Shown piece after piece: positions 37,381-46,810 of a stretch of DNA of 64,000 nucleotides. The notes below the pieces were generated by a model, which made no database searches, was not told the DNA's origin, and saw only the letters and a list, made by a program, of their open reading frames with translations. Within the stretch, counting starts at the first letter, position 1. Each line of letters starts with the position of its first letter. The DNA comes from a virus. The stretch covers positions 1 through 64,000 of the IMG/VR virus record IMGVR_UViG_3300010399_000033; one strand, 5' to 3'. The translations under genes and the position numbers were made by a program.

Positions 37381-38110
37381 TTCGCTTGCTCTCCTGCTTC
37401 CTGAACATATCGGTGTATTCCGTGCCCTGCTGGTACAGCACTTCAGCTGACCAGCCTAGTCGATGACTCCCGGCGGTCCCCTTGATCGTTGAGAAGGGAA
37501 CGAATGGAAGCCAATCGGCGTCCGGGCCTTCACACACATGGACAAATCCCTTGCGGCTGCGACACCACGCAGCCAATGCGGCGTAATCGACCTCGTTGTG
37601 CTTGTAGTAACGCCCTGGCCGCCCTTGGTATGGCGGGTCGATATGCCAGTGCGCATCCGTATTGTCCATATCAGCATAGCTTCCATGGACGATTTTCCAG
37701 TGGCGGATCTTGTCCACCTGTGACGCGATCCGGCCGCGAGCACGCGGGCCCCAGAACCGCTCGCGAAAGGTCTTTCCCCATACCGACCGCGCATTGGCCG
37801 GCGCCGCGTTTCCATGGTTCAGGTTGAACCCGACCAGCCACTTCGCCTCCTGCGGCGTTCCTGCTGGCAGCTCGTTGACATGGTCGACAATGGGTAGCTT
37901 CATGATCTCGTCTGCTGACGTCCGATGCATGTACGCCCAAACGCCGTAGATTACCGGGTCGATCTCGACGATCGTGACCTGTCTCGGTTCCCAATAGCAG
38001 CTATAGCACGCTGATCCGGCGAAAGGCTCGATGACGTGGTCACGCTGCGGCGGGCCGAGGCGCCGCGCCATCTTGTACTTAGCTCCGTAGTAGTTCCACA
38101 TCGGTTTCAT
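37277..38110 (-). CDS. N6-adenine DNA methyltransferase (Dam/alpha-class-like)
   Basis: YYGAK, IEPFAGSA (motif I), IDPPY (motif IV). 3' end overlaps the next gene by about 100 nt, so the stop is uncertain. Confidence 0.8.
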   Translation of the reverse strand: MKPMWNYYGAKYKMARRLGPPQRDHVIEPFAGSACYSCYWEPRQVTIVEIDPVIYGVWAYMHRTSADEIMKLPIVDHVNELPAGTPQEAKWLVGFNLNHGNAAPANARSVWGKTFRERFWGPRARGRIASQVDKIRHWKIVHGSYADMDNTDAHWHIDPPYQGRPGRYYKHNEVDYAALAAWCRSRKGFVHVCEGPDADWLPFVPFSTIKGTAGSHRLGWSAEVLYQQGTEYTDMFRKQESKRNDHSTDDRAGSHRSHRSQAAKGSRQVPGGRAARA

Positions 38111-38532
38111 CGTGTTTTCCTGAAGTTCCCGTTGACGATGTTCCATACATGGACGGAGCTAACACCATATTTCTTCCCCAGCGCAATCACGCCTCGCCCG
38201 ACGACTCCCTTCTTATACTCACGACGAAGAGCTTTTACAATACTGATTGGCACACTTGGTCTGCGCCCCGACGTCGTACGTTGCTGCATGTTGGCTTTGT
38301 GCGTGATGATGATCACGTTTTCACGCGAGTACGGACCGACGTCCCCTCTCCGGGCCATCACGTAGCATCCAGAACGACACCCGCGCTTTTCCAGTTTCCC
38401 CGACTCCTGCCAGATCGATAGCCATTCCTCAAACGTGAGCAAGAACGGAATGTTTCGACGCCTTGCTGACTGCCGCTGCGCTTTGAACGCGTCGAGCAGT
38501 GGGTTGGCGGAGTCAGCGAGACGCGTAGTCAA
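38107..38532 (-). CDS. Free-standing HNH-like homing endonuclease
   Basis: LTFEEW..IW..SG....RG.....VMAR.GDVGPY...NV.I.T...N; C-terminal HTH; TTG start overlaps the upstream stop. Confidence 0.7.
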   Translation of the reverse strand: MTTRLADSANPLLDAFKAQRQSARRRNIPFLLTFEEWLSIWQESGKLEKRGCRSGCYVMARRGDVGPYSRENVIIITHKANMQQRTTSGRRPSVPISIVKALRREYKKGVVGRGVIALGKKYGVSSVHVWNIVNGNFRKTR

Positions 38533-39224
38533 AGCGCAAGCTCCTCGCCTGGTCGCAGATGCGCGAGCAAGCGCGATCGCAGATCGAACTGGGTGGGATC
38601 GAGTCCGGCGATGCGACACAGCCACTCGTTCGTTGTCTCGCGCCGAGTCATCCGTGTCGGGCCAGCAGACCCGGATATCATCCTTGGGCGTCGGGGAGAC
38701 CCCGACATTCGGCGCCGGCATGGACTGCCGGTCAGTTCGGGGTGCTGCACGATCTCTACGATCAGCTTGCGAACGTCGACCGGCGCCTCGCTGATCAGGA
38801 TGGCCTCGTCGGCGGCGGGATCAACGTGCCCACCACCCGCGATGCTGACGTCCTCGACGCACTCCTCGGTGACGGCGATCTCCTCGCCGCATGCGTGCGA
38901 GAACCAGTGACCGGCGCTGCGCTTGTTGGCCATCTGGTGGACATGGTTGATGTATGTGCGCTGGAACAAGCTCATGATGTGCCGCATCTCGGCGATGTCG
39001 GCGTAGCGGCGTCGAACGTGCCACCAGCACATCAGCCCATCCTGGATCAGGTCATCCAGTTCGTACCATGCGGCGACCCGCCAGAAGTTTTTGCGTGCGT
39101 ATTTGATCATCCACCTGCGCGCGCTCTCATCGATGTCGAGCGCGGACGTCCGCTCCTGCGGACACACGGTGCCTGGGTTTTTCATGGAAGTGGGGAGCCC
39201 TCTACCCGGAAAGGATTTGTCCAT
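38529..39224 (-). CDS. Sigma factor region-2-like transcription protein
   Basis: Y.LDDLIQDG....W...RRY......F...Y.N pattern of sigma70 region 2. Confidence 0.55.
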   Translation of the reverse strand: MDKSFPGRGLPTSMKNPGTVCPQERTSALDIDESARRWMIKYARKNFWRVAAWYELDDLIQDGLMCWWHVRRRYADIAEMRHIMSLFQRTYINHVHQMANKRSAGHWFSHACGEEIAVTEECVEDVSIAGGGHVDPAADEAILISEAPVDVRKLIVEIVQHPELTGSPCRRRMSGSPRRPRMISGSAGPTRMTRRETTNEWLCRIAGLDPTQFDLRSRLLAHLRPGEELAL

Positions 39225-39232
39225 ATTGCCTG

Positions 39233-40231
39233 TTACGTGCGATTCGTCAAGCTGTAGCGTTGCGTAAATTGCAGGAAATTTTTTCGGCTGAAATCTCCGG
39301 GGTCCTTGATGTTACCTTGTAACGTCGCCACCTCGGCAAGGTGCGACAAAGCCGCATAAATCCGCATTGCTGTGGCGGTTGTGCCGCGATCAGTCAGGAT
39401 CATCCGGCGTTGGAATCGCGGAAGGATGTCGCAGAATAAGCCGATCTGCTCATCGCTCGGTTGGGCGGTGAAGAAGCACGTCGACACGATTCCGCACTCC
39501 TCCCCGAGAACGTTGACCTTCAGTGCGTCGAACGGGCCCTCGACCAGGATGATGGTATCGGCGTCTGTCTTACGCAGCCGGTCGAGCCACATCACGAAGT
39601 CGGTGACACGTGGCATGTCGTCGCCGTCTGACGCCTTATAGCGCAGCTCCTCGCCCTGAGCGATGGTGCGCCCGGTCCACCCGACAAGACGTCCTTCGTG
39701 CCGGACCGTGAACACGATCCGATAGCGCTGGTCGCCGAACAGCGCGTAGTAGATCCCGTAATCGTCGGTCATGCGCATGACCTGCGCGCGCGTGAATCCG
39801 CGCCCTCTCTGCTCGATCGGGCGGGTCAGGTAGTCGACGAATTTTGCCGCCATCGGGCTGCCGTCAAGCCTCCGGAAGTCGGACGGCAGCGCGATCTCGC
39901 GCCAAGGTTCCGGCGGAGGTGGTCGGAGGATCGCCGCGACCTTCGATGCCAGCGATTCGGACGCCACGCCTGCGTACGGACGCCCCACAATGCGCGAAGC
40001 GTCTTCGATGCTGCATCCTGCCAGCGCCGCCACCAGGCGCACCGGTGAGCGTCCTCGGTGCTCTGCGCTATTCCGCCAGCAATGCCACCCCCGTCCTTCC
40101 AGGTCGATCGCGAGCAGGAAGGACTCACTACCTGCGCACCATGGGCAGGAAACGCGGACCGTCCGCCTGCCCTCGGGCCGGTGGTCGATGCCGCGTTGCC
40201 GCAAAAAGTCGAGCCAGCTGAACTCAGGCAT
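39233..40231 (-). CDS. DNA primase
   Basis: CPWC..WHCW zinc finger, RIVF.V...G.LVGWTGR, TOPRIM LVEGPFDA, TDR, KDPGD. Confidence 0.85.
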   Translation of the reverse strand: MPEFSWLDFLRQRGIDHRPEGRRTVRVSCPWCAGSESFLLAIDLEGRGWHCWRNSAEHRGRSPVRLVAALAGCSIEDASRIVGRPYAGVASESLASKVAAILRPPPPEPWREIALPSDFRRLDGSPMAAKFVDYLTRPIEQRGRGFTRAQVMRMTDDYGIYYALFGDQRYRIVFTVRHEGRLVGWTGRTIAQGEELRYKASDGDDMPRVTDFVMWLDRLRKTDADTIILVEGPFDALKVNVLGEECGIVSTCFFTAQPSDEQIGLFCDILPRFQRRMILTDRGTTATAMRIYAALSHLAEVATLQGNIKDPGDFSRKNFLQFTQRYSLTNRT

Positions 40232-40643
40232 TTTTCTTGCGCTTGCGGAGTGCGGCTTTGATTTCCTTCAGCACTCCTGCATATCGTTTCTCATCGTAGT
40301 GGCACGGAAGTGAAAACCTTGCGCGCTGTATATTTGTGATGTCAGATTCGGTCAGCGATCTATCCCACTCTTCTGCGCTATGCGCCTTCTTGGTTTTCTC
40401 GACCACTCGTTGGCTCAGGGCGTTGACATCTGCAAAAGGATCGCCCTTATCATCAAGCCCCGCTGCGCGGAACAGGGCGATCTTGGCGACCTCCAGCTGT
40501 TTATTCTGCCGCTCGTATCGGTCCCACGCGCGTTTGGGCACATTGCGGATGAGTCCGTATTCATCGGTCGCTCTGGTTGGGAAAACTTGATAAGCTTCGC
40601 CATAATCGAAGCGCACAGCTACGGTTCCGATTTTCTTTGTCAT
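40224..40643 (-). CDS. Hypothetical protein
   Basis: RBS gaggggg; coupled to the primase start. Confidence 0.5.
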   Translation of the reverse strand: MTKKIGTVAVRFDYGEAYQVFPTRATDEYGLIRNVPKRAWDRYERQNKQLEVAKIALFRAAGLDDKGDPFADVNALSQRVVEKTKKAHSAEEWDRSLTESDITNIQRARFSLPCHYDEKRYAGVLKEIKAALRKRKKNA

Positions 40644-40653
40644 TGGTTCCCCC

Positions 40654-40950
40654 TCAGTCCATCCGGCAGATCTCGAACGAGCGATCCGGCTGCATGACCA
40701 TGACCCACGAACTCGGATAGAACAGGATCCGCTCGTCGCGCAGCTTTGTCTCCGCGAGCGGTGCCATACGCGGGTCGCCCGGGTATTTGATCGTGTCGTC
40801 GTCGCGCAGCTGGAAGCCCTGAAACGCCCTCCATCCATAATGTGCGTCGAACTGCTCGCGCGCCGAGCGCGGGTCGTCCTCGGACAGAAACCCCGGGAGA
40901 TATCCGAGATGTTCCATGGTCATCCGCGGGTCGTGGAATATCCAGATCAT
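40654..40950 (-). CDS. Hypothetical protein
   Basis: LG.LP.FL.E.DPR.A.EQF...Y.GW..F.GF...YPGDP..RMD, a recognisable small phage protein pattern. Confidence 0.6.
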   Translation of the reverse strand: MIWIFHDPRMTMEHLGYLPGFLSEDDPRSAREQFDAHYGWRAFQGFQLRDDDTIKYPGDPRMAPLAETKLRDERILFYPSSWVMVMQPDRSFEICRMD

Positions 40951-41044
40951 GACTTCCTCCGGGTTGGATATGTCCGCTCAAGCCAAAGGCCGAACGCAAC
41001 TCCAAAGGCGAAGCCACATATCCAGATGGAAACGATAAATTCGG

Positions 41045-42130
41045 TCATGCCGCAACCTCCTCGGCGTCTTCGCCGCCCTCGAACGTGCACAATGCCTCGC
41101 TACGCATGCGCAGCTTGCTCTTGCGCCGGGAGTTGATGTGGTCGTGGAGCATGACGTAAAGCACGTCGCGCGACTTCCCTGATGAGGCGCACAAATGGCT
41201 GACGGCTGGGTCGGTGACGGGGAAACTGGCGATCTTGCGCCTCAGGTCAGCGTTGACGAACAGCTTCTTCTCGTCGCGGTCCTGCCAGAAGTCGTGAGCA
41301 TCTGACAGTATCTTGGCGAGCACCGCGAGGAACGTGGTCCGCATGTAGACCGCGCCCTCCTTGTACTGGACGGCACGTACTCCCCAGCACTCGTCGATCA
41401 GGCCAAAGAACGTATGCAGGTTCTGCCGCATGTGAGTCAAGCCGACATTGCTGGTGATCTTGACCATGCAGCGTGCGAGGTCTTCCATGGCGCCGGAGGA
41501 TCCGGGCCCCTTATGGCTGTGCAGCCGGCCGGCGATGCGCAGCAGGTTGAGCGCGGTCAGCAGGTCCTGCCGGCGCATGCGCTGATCCCACGAAATGCGG
41601 TCGCACATGATGAAGCTTTTGTCGTGCGACAGTCCGTACAGCATCAGCACGGCTTCGTTGTTGTCGCGCATATTCCGCAGCAGCACGTTCGGAGACAGCT
41701 TGTGTCGCCAGTTGTTTAGCTTGTGAAACCGGTCGCGTTCCCATTCCTTGGTGGTGTTGAGATGGACCGTCGCGCCGATGGTGATCGGCACGTCGGGACG
41801 AATGCCCGCGAAATAGATGATGGTCGATTGGCGCTGCAGACCATCGATGATGAACACGGGGTCGGTCAGCTCGAATGTGTCGCTTCCTGCCGCCGACGTG
41901 AAGTTCTGGCCGCGCATGCCGAGATCGAGGTCGGGCAGCCGGTCGCCCTTCTTCAGAGCGTCGAGGATGTTGTCCTGTGACGACAGCGGCTGGACGCTGC
42001 GCTGGTAGTCATCGGTGCGCAGATTGTGCAGGGTGCTGAGATCGATGGATCCGCGCACGACAATGCCGGCGGGGGAGTTCGCGACCTCGTCGAGCGCGGC
42101 ATGGAATAGCCGCACGGGTTGGATAGCCAT
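41045..42130 (-). CDS. ParB/Srx-DGQHR-like domain protein
   Basis: YQR...FIIDGLQR...E...F..LN motifs. Confidence 0.65.
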   Translation of the reverse strand: MAIQPVRLFHAALDEVANSPAGIVVRGSIDLSTLHNLRTDDYQRSVQPLSSQDNILDALKKGDRLPDLDLGMRGQNFTSAAGSDTFELTDPVFIIDGLQRQSTIIYFAGIRPDVPITIGATVHLNTTKEWERDRFHKLNNWRHKLSPNVLLRNMRDNNEAVLMLYGLSHDKSFIMCDRISWDQRMRRQDLLTALNLLRIAGRLHSHKGPGSSGAMEDLARCMVKITSNVGLTHMRQNLHTFFGLIDECWGVRAVQYKEGAVYMRTTFLAVLAKILSDAHDFWQDRDEKKLFVNADLRRKIASFPVTDPAVSHLCASSGKSRDVLYVMLHDHINSRRKSKLRMRSEALCTFEGGEDAEEVAA

Positions 42131-42215
42131 GGCCCTTTTCTCCTGGGATGTGGGCAGTGTTTATTTGCTACGGCCAACGGGGAAACCGTTTTCGCCGCCT
42201 ACGAAATTTCCGAGA

Positions 42216-42729
42216 TCACTTCAGCGAGTGCTTCGGATGCCACTTCGTTCCGATCTGCTGAAGCATTCCCTTGTCGCGCAGCACGTAAATGGCGCTGCTG
42301 ACGGCCCGCACCGCTCCGTCGACCTGGAGCATGAGCGCCTTGCGCGTGATGCCGCCGCTCGTGTCGGCGAGCACCACGGCATGGTAGACCTTCTCGGTGA
42401 CGCTGCCGACCTCGGGCTGGTATCCGTCCTTGCCCTTGATCTCGGCAAGCTTCCTGCGGAGAAGGGTCGTGTTGATGAATTCCTCCTCCTTCTTTTTGCT
42501 CAGCTTCCGCTCCCAGATCGGAATGCCGCCACCATTGTCGACCGGCTCGAACTCGGACGGCGCGGTGTCCGGAACGCGGGTAAGCTTGACCTCGACGTTG
42601 TCCGGGCTGGCGGCGATGATGGGAGGAATGAAGTCGACCGGGATCGGGCCGATGCTGACGATGACCAGGTTTTCCTTGAACGACATGGAATGTCCTTTCG
42701 ATTTTGGGTGTGGCTCTCGTGGGAGTCAT
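42216..42729 (-). CDS. Hypothetical protein with C-terminal winged-helix-like region (5' frameshift near 42688)
   Basis: MTPTRATPKIERTF joins MSFKENL.. if one C is removed. Confidence 0.5.
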
Positions 42730-42944
42730 ATGTTAGCTACGATGACGTCCGGAGACTCGACGATACGCACAATGTCCGGATCGCCGCCGTAGCATATACG
42801 GGCCATTCTCTCGGCTTCTCCGCGGTCCGCGAAGCGGTACGGCTCGCTTTCAACAGAGCGGAATCGTGGATCATTGCTCGGACGTATGTCGCGCCACTCA
42901 AACTTGCCGGCGATATTCACCTTGACCTGCAATCCGTATTTCAT
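42726..42944 (-). CDS. Hypothetical protein
   Basis: 72 aa, ATGA-coupled. Confidence 0.5.
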   Translation of the reverse strand: MKYGLQVKVNIAGKFEWRDIRPSNDPRFRSVESEPYRFADRGEAERMARICYGGDPDIVRIVESPDVIVANI

Positions 42945-42947
42945 CGC

Positions 42948-43229
42948 TCAATCGAACCTGCCGAAGATGCCGGCGCGCGTGATCCGGCCGATATGGACGC
43001 CACGCACATTCGTTTCGGCTTCGCGCACTTCACGGCTGACGTCCTCCAGCTTGACCAGATTTCCGACATTGACTTTGCGCAGCTGCTTGCCGAATGCCAC
43101 ATGCGCGAGCCATCCGTCATCGATCTTTTTGACCGTGCCCACCGTCTCGGCGTGCTTATCAAAGCCGCCGATCGACCGCAAGAACAAAGCGGACAGTTTG
43201 ACCTTGTCGTTCTTCTTGATAGCAGTCAC
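42948..43229 (-). CDS. SH3-like small hypothetical protein
   Basis: IKK.DKVKL...VGTV..I...AHV.F...VN..NL; RBS ggagg. Confidence 0.5.
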   Translation of the reverse strand: MTAIKKNDKVKLSALFLRSIGGFDKHAETVGTVKKIDDGWLAHVAFGKQLRKVNVGNLVKLEDVSREVREAETNVRGVHIGRITRAGIFGRFD

Positions 43230-43371
43230 TTCTTGTCCTCCCATCGCGACGCTCGCCTTCCCACGCTGGGATGGCGGATCATGCGAACGGACACAAGTCC
43301 GGCGAATACCCATGCCGCGCCGACCAAAACTCCGGCAAGCTGCAAGTCGGTGGCGGTTTTCAGCCATTCGA

Positions 43372-43860
43372 TCACTGGCGCGTTCCTCGCTGCGGCAGCA
43401 GTCCGATCATGCGGCCCTCAGACTCTGCCTTTGTAGGCATCTGCACCAACGGTCCAAGACTTGGCCGCTTTCCGGCATCGCGGATGATTTTGCGATACCA
43501 ACACAGCTGTCCGCATGTCTCGTCCTCCCCGGACATGAAAACTACCTCGAACCGCTTGGGGTGAGTCTTGACGCCGTCGCGCATGGCGGCATTCATTTCG
43601 TCCTCGGAGGCGGTCTCGTTCGACATCACCCAGGCCTCGTCGAGGTAGACGTAGCGCACCACGTCGAGTTCCTCGAACAGAACGCGGATGGCCATTATGG
43701 ACAGCTCCTTGTTCTCGGCGTATGGAGGTCGTATGATGGAGTGCTGCCCGGACCGCAGCACCACGTGGTACATGGCGCTGACGCCGCCATGCTCGCCGAA
43801 GTATCTGTCGCAGAACGTGGACATGAACTCGGAAATCTGTCGCAGATCCTTCTCGCTCAT
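43372..43860 (-). CDS. Hypothetical protein
   Basis: Y...DEAW..HP.R.EVV....ED...SEGRM..LLP; RBS aaggag. Confidence 0.6.
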   Translation of the reverse strand: MSEKDLRQISEFMSTFCDRYFGEHGGVSAMYHVVLRSGQHSIIRPPYAENKELSIMAIRVLFEELDVVRYVYLDEAWVMSNETASEDEMNAAMRDGVKTHPKRFEVVFMSGEDETCGQLCWYRKIIRDAGKRPSLGPLVQMPTKAESEGRMIGLLPQRGTRQ

Positions 43861-44255
43861 TTTGCAATCTCCTTGCGAACGTACCTCTCCGAGCGGTTGA
43901 CGAACCGCATGAATGGCTGCTTCCGTCTTCCACACTTGCCTGGCTTACGTTCCTGCATGGCGCGGTGATCGAACCACCAATCCAGATACATGTCGTGAAG
44001 CTCCTTGTCCTTCACGCTGTCCTTGAAATTGGGGTAGTCGAGCTTCAGCACACGGTCTGCCAGCAGCTTGGCGACGGTGACGCGCGGCACGATAGAGCGC
44101 CACCGGTAGTCATTGCTTTTGGTCTCGACAATGCCCTTCCGACTGGAAAGGAACGCCTCCAGATGCGCGCGGCGACGAGCGCGGACCATCAAGCACGTGG
44201 GGTCGTCCTTCAGCTCGACGATCGATATGAACCCGTCGTTTGATGCAATCCACAT
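43857..44255 (-). CDS. Conserved phage hypothetical protein
   Basis: MWI..NDGF.SIV...L.VRAR...DYRWR...DYPNFKDSV. Confidence 0.65.
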   Translation of the reverse strand: MWIASNDGFISIVELKDDPTCLMVRARRRAHLEAFLSSRKGIVETKSNDYRWRSIVPRVTVAKLLADRVLKLDYPNFKDSVKDKELHDMYLDWWFDHRAMQERKPGKCGRRKQPFMRFVNRSERYVRKEIAK

Positions 44256-44282
44256 TTACCAATCTCCTTTTTCTTTCTGGGA

Positions 44283-44540
44283 TCAGTCGAACCACACCGT
44301 CTGTGGATCGTAATGGCCTGGATAGCAGGGACATGACCGCACCTCGAAGTCCGGCGCGTTGCCCCAGATCTGATGCAGCGTGCTCTCGTCAGTATTTTCC
44401 ATCACGGCATTGATCCATGCCTGCGCCTCCGCAAACTCGCTGTACGTGTAGCGTCCCTGTGCCGGGCGCATCAGCGTGCGCTCGCCATTCTTGTTCACGT
44501 AGGTTGGGACGTAGCGGATGACGTGCGGTCTGTCGGTCAT
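44283..44540 (-). CDS. Hypothetical protein
   Basis: G.RTL..PAQGR.T...V..CPCYPGH.DP. Confidence 0.55.
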   Translation of the reverse strand: MTDRPHVIRYVPTYVNKNGERTLMRPAQGRYTYSEFAEAQAWINAVMENTDESTLHQIWGNAPDFEVRSCPCYPGHYDPQTVWFD

Positions 44541-44553
44541 TTTCAATCCCCTC

Positions 44554-45804
44554 TCAAGTCCGGAGCGCGACGCGGGTGAGGACGGTTTCCTTGATGCCGT
44601 CCCGCTCCTTGTGCGCCTTGACCGTTCCATCGAACACCACGGAAGTTCCGGGGGTGATAACCCGATCGCCAGTGGCGAACCAAGTGAACACGTTGCCGTC
44701 GACCGTGACGAGCTTCACCAGCGTTGACGGGCCGTACATGGACTCCATCGGACGCGCCGTCGTGATGGTGGCAGCGATGTTGCGCAGGCGCTGCTTGATC
44801 TCGCCGACATGCGTGCTCGACGCCAGCTGCTTCCGCTTGATGTTCAGTTCGGCTTCCCGCTCCATGTGGCGCAGGTAGGCCTGAACACCGGAGCACACCA
44901 GCCCGAGATGCTTGGCCTCGGTGAGGTCGTTCACCACCAGCGTGACCAGGTTTTTCTCGTAGTCGCTGCGCGCGTGCTGCGCGAGCCATCCCTTGATCCA
45001 CGCGACCACTTCGCCGGCACGCTGCGCATGGACTGGGTTGGTTTCGATCTCATTGAGCGCCTTCGCCATGACAGTTCGCGCGTGCTCGTCCGCCTTGAAC
45101 CAGTAGTGCTTGTTCACCAGGCCTGCGGTCGCTTGTCCGATGCCGCTTCCTTCGGCGGCACGCGACACCCAGCCGTAAAGCGTGATGTACGCGGAGGTCA
45201 GCGTCAGCGCTTCCAGCGTGTCGCAGCGGTTCTCGAAATACCCGCGCCAGCAATGCTCGGAGCCCTCATGGATCTGCTCATAGGTGTGCAGACGCGAGGC
45301 AGCGGCGCCGATGAGGCGGGGATCGTTGATGCCGGTGAAATCGGCGAGGCACTGCCGGCCGACCTGCTTCTGTTCACCGTTCTCGACGCTGCGGATGATG
45401 AAGGTGTCGTTGCGGCGACGCCGCTTGTTGCAGTGCTCGCATGTGTCTGGGCTAAGCGCACGAAAACGGTCGTCGACCGTGGCGCCCGTGCTCGACGGAA
45501 CAGTGTGGAACAGCACCGATGCGCCATCGCTCAGGTACTCGACCCGTGCAAGGAATTCCCACCCATTGAGTCGCGGCGCTTCGCCGGTCAGCTCGATCAC
45601 CAGCGCATCGCACTGGTATTCGCGCGTGCGCTCGGTAGTGCTGTCGAAGATGATGGTGTGCGCGCGCGTCACCTTCTCGTGACGCAGAATGGAGACGGTA
45701 ATCTCCGGAGCGCCGAGCTTCACGGCGCGTCGATTGAGCTTCGCGATATCGGCCTGGAAATCAGCCCAGGCCGGCGCGGGGATGGTGAATTCGGTGGTCG
45801 TCAT
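44554..45804 (-). CDS. Early Zn-binding/OB-fold protein
   Basis: CEHC...R.R..T...QVG..CL.DF and C-terminal OB-like G.VF.WF..GTVK.H.E..G...T.LTR; directly behind a promoter. Confidence 0.65.
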   Translation of the reverse strand: MTTTEFTIPAPAWADFQADIAKLNRRAVKLGAPEITVSILRHEKVTRAHTIIFDSTTERTREYQCDALVIELTGEAPRLNGWEFLARVEYLSDGASVLFHTVPSSTGATVDDRFRALSPDTCEHCNKRRRRNDTFIIRSVENGEQKQVGRQCLADFTGINDPRLIGAAASRLHTYEQIHEGSEHCWRGYFENRCDTLEALTLTSAYITLYGWVSRAAEGSGIGQATAGLVNKHYWFKADEHARTVMAKALNEIETNPVHAQRAGEVVAWIKGWLAQHARSDYEKNLVTLVVNDLTEAKHLGLVCSGVQAYLRHMEREAELNIKRKQLASSTHVGEIKQRLRNIAATITTARPMESMYGPSTLVKLVTVDGNVFTWFATGDRVITPGTSVVFDGTVKAHKERDGIKETVLTRVALRT

Positions 45805-45838
45805 TTGGGAAGTGCCCCTTCGCCGTTCGATGGGGAGC

Positions 45839-45873
45839 ATCATATCGGAGCTTAGCGCGCGATGCAAGAGCTA
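45839..45873 (-). promoter_or_regulatory. Sigma70-type early promoter
   Basis: - strand TAGCTC-TTGCAT-N17-TATGAT. Confidence 0.7.
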
Positions 45874-45949
45874 TTCGGCACCTCGAGACGATTTTTCTCG
45901 GCAGTGTCCAGCTCCTCCCGGTGTTCCGCCCAATGGCATCCGCACTTAG

Positions 45950-46186
45950 TCATCGTACGATCTCGATCTCTGTCTCGAACGGAACATCACAGCCGTTATG
46001 CATGCTATCGCCGAACTCCTGCATGAGACGCCACAGCTGCCATGTCGACCAGCCGCCCGCGTCTTCCTCTGACGGCACGAACGGAAGATGCGGAACGAGC
46101 CTGTAGTGATTGAACTTCAGGACATCGCGCCCTTTGTCAGTGAGCCTGACGCGGACCTCGTCGTTTATGTTGATCCGGATTGACAT
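45950..46186 (-). CDS. Hypothetical protein
   Basis: NIND.VRVRLT..G...GWS..QLW.LM..FG, a common small phage protein. Confidence 0.6.
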   Translation of the reverse strand: MSIRININDEVRVRLTDKGRDVLKFNHYRLVPHLPFVPSEEDAGGWSTWQLWRLMQEFGDSMHNGCDVPFETEIEIVR

Positions 46187-46188
46187 GA

Positions 46189-46620
46189 TCAAATCCATCT
46201 TGCTGGCGCGAGTGGCTCGCTTCCTTTGATGACCGGCGTGCCCCAACCCCTCCACACGAAGACGCCGTCGACCGGCTCGTAGATCGGTAGACGCATTCTG
46301 CGCCATTCCTTGCCGATGTACATGAATGCGCGATGGATCTCGTTGTTGCTGTCACGCACTTCGACCTCCTTGCGGTCGTAACTGCCCTCGATCCGGTCCA
46401 GTTCCGCGAACAGCAGGTCGGGGACCGAGTAAAGCTCGCCCGCCACAGGATGCTTATGGCTGCTTTCGGGATCGTAGCGCACGACCGGGAAGCCGAGATC
46501 GTGCATGACGAACTGCTCGATCGTCTGGCATTCGCCGAGGAACTGCTTGTCAGGACCGGACAGCATGCGGTTCAGGCTGTATCCGCGCTTGAGCGATCCG
46601 TAGACAAAAAGCAATGGCAT
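46189..46620 (-). CDS. Gamma-glutamylcyclotransferase (GGACT/AIG2-like)
   Basis: LFVYGSLKRG..N, V.GELY.V, LDRIEG.Y.R. Confidence 0.85.
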   Translation of the reverse strand: MPLLFVYGSLKRGYSLNRMLSGPDKQFLGECQTIEQFVMHDLGFPVVRYDPESSHKHPVAGELYSVPDLLFAELDRIEGSYDRKEVEVRDSNNEIHRAFMYIGKEWRRMRLPIYEPVDGVFVWRGWGTPVIKGSEPLAPARWI

Positions 46621-46657
46621 GGTGGCATCCTTTTGTTTGATCATGGTTGCAGGTCGA

Positions 46658-46751
46658 GACGCCTGTCATTCAGGGTATCAGCCCTATATCCTGTCCACGG
46701 GGTTAGCGCCGCGAGTTGACAGGCGGAAGTTTGCCTTCCGTGACAGGCGTC
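46658..46751 (-). ncRNA. Candidate structured RNA (4-way junction) in the GGCT leader
   Basis: 11-bp closing helix gacgcctgtca/tgacaggcgtc encloses three hairpins (cggaag/cttccg, cctgtc/gacagg, aggg/ccct). Confidence 0.4.
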
Positions 46752-46767
46752 CGGATCTGCATCCCGG

Positions 46768-46806
46768 AGAAAGACGCGCGCCCAGCTTTTGGACCGAGCG
46801 CGCGTC
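46768..46806 (-). terminator. Putative intrinsic terminator
   Basis: gacgcgcgc/gcgcgcgtc stem 5 nt after the stop of 46811..47344, followed by TTTCT. Confidence 0.55.
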
Positions 46807-46810
46807 AGAC

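Noticed and set aside
42015-43436. Long + strand ORF (473 aa) and similar ones at 17856..19010, 44809..45855 and 27042..27920
   Set aside because: Antisense shadows of well-supported - strand genes in GC-rich DNA, with no motifs.
46658-46751. Hammerhead ribozyme or tRNA
   Set aside because: CUGAUA sits in a hairpin loop rather than a CUGANGA/GAAA core, and there are no D- or T-loop consensus sequences.
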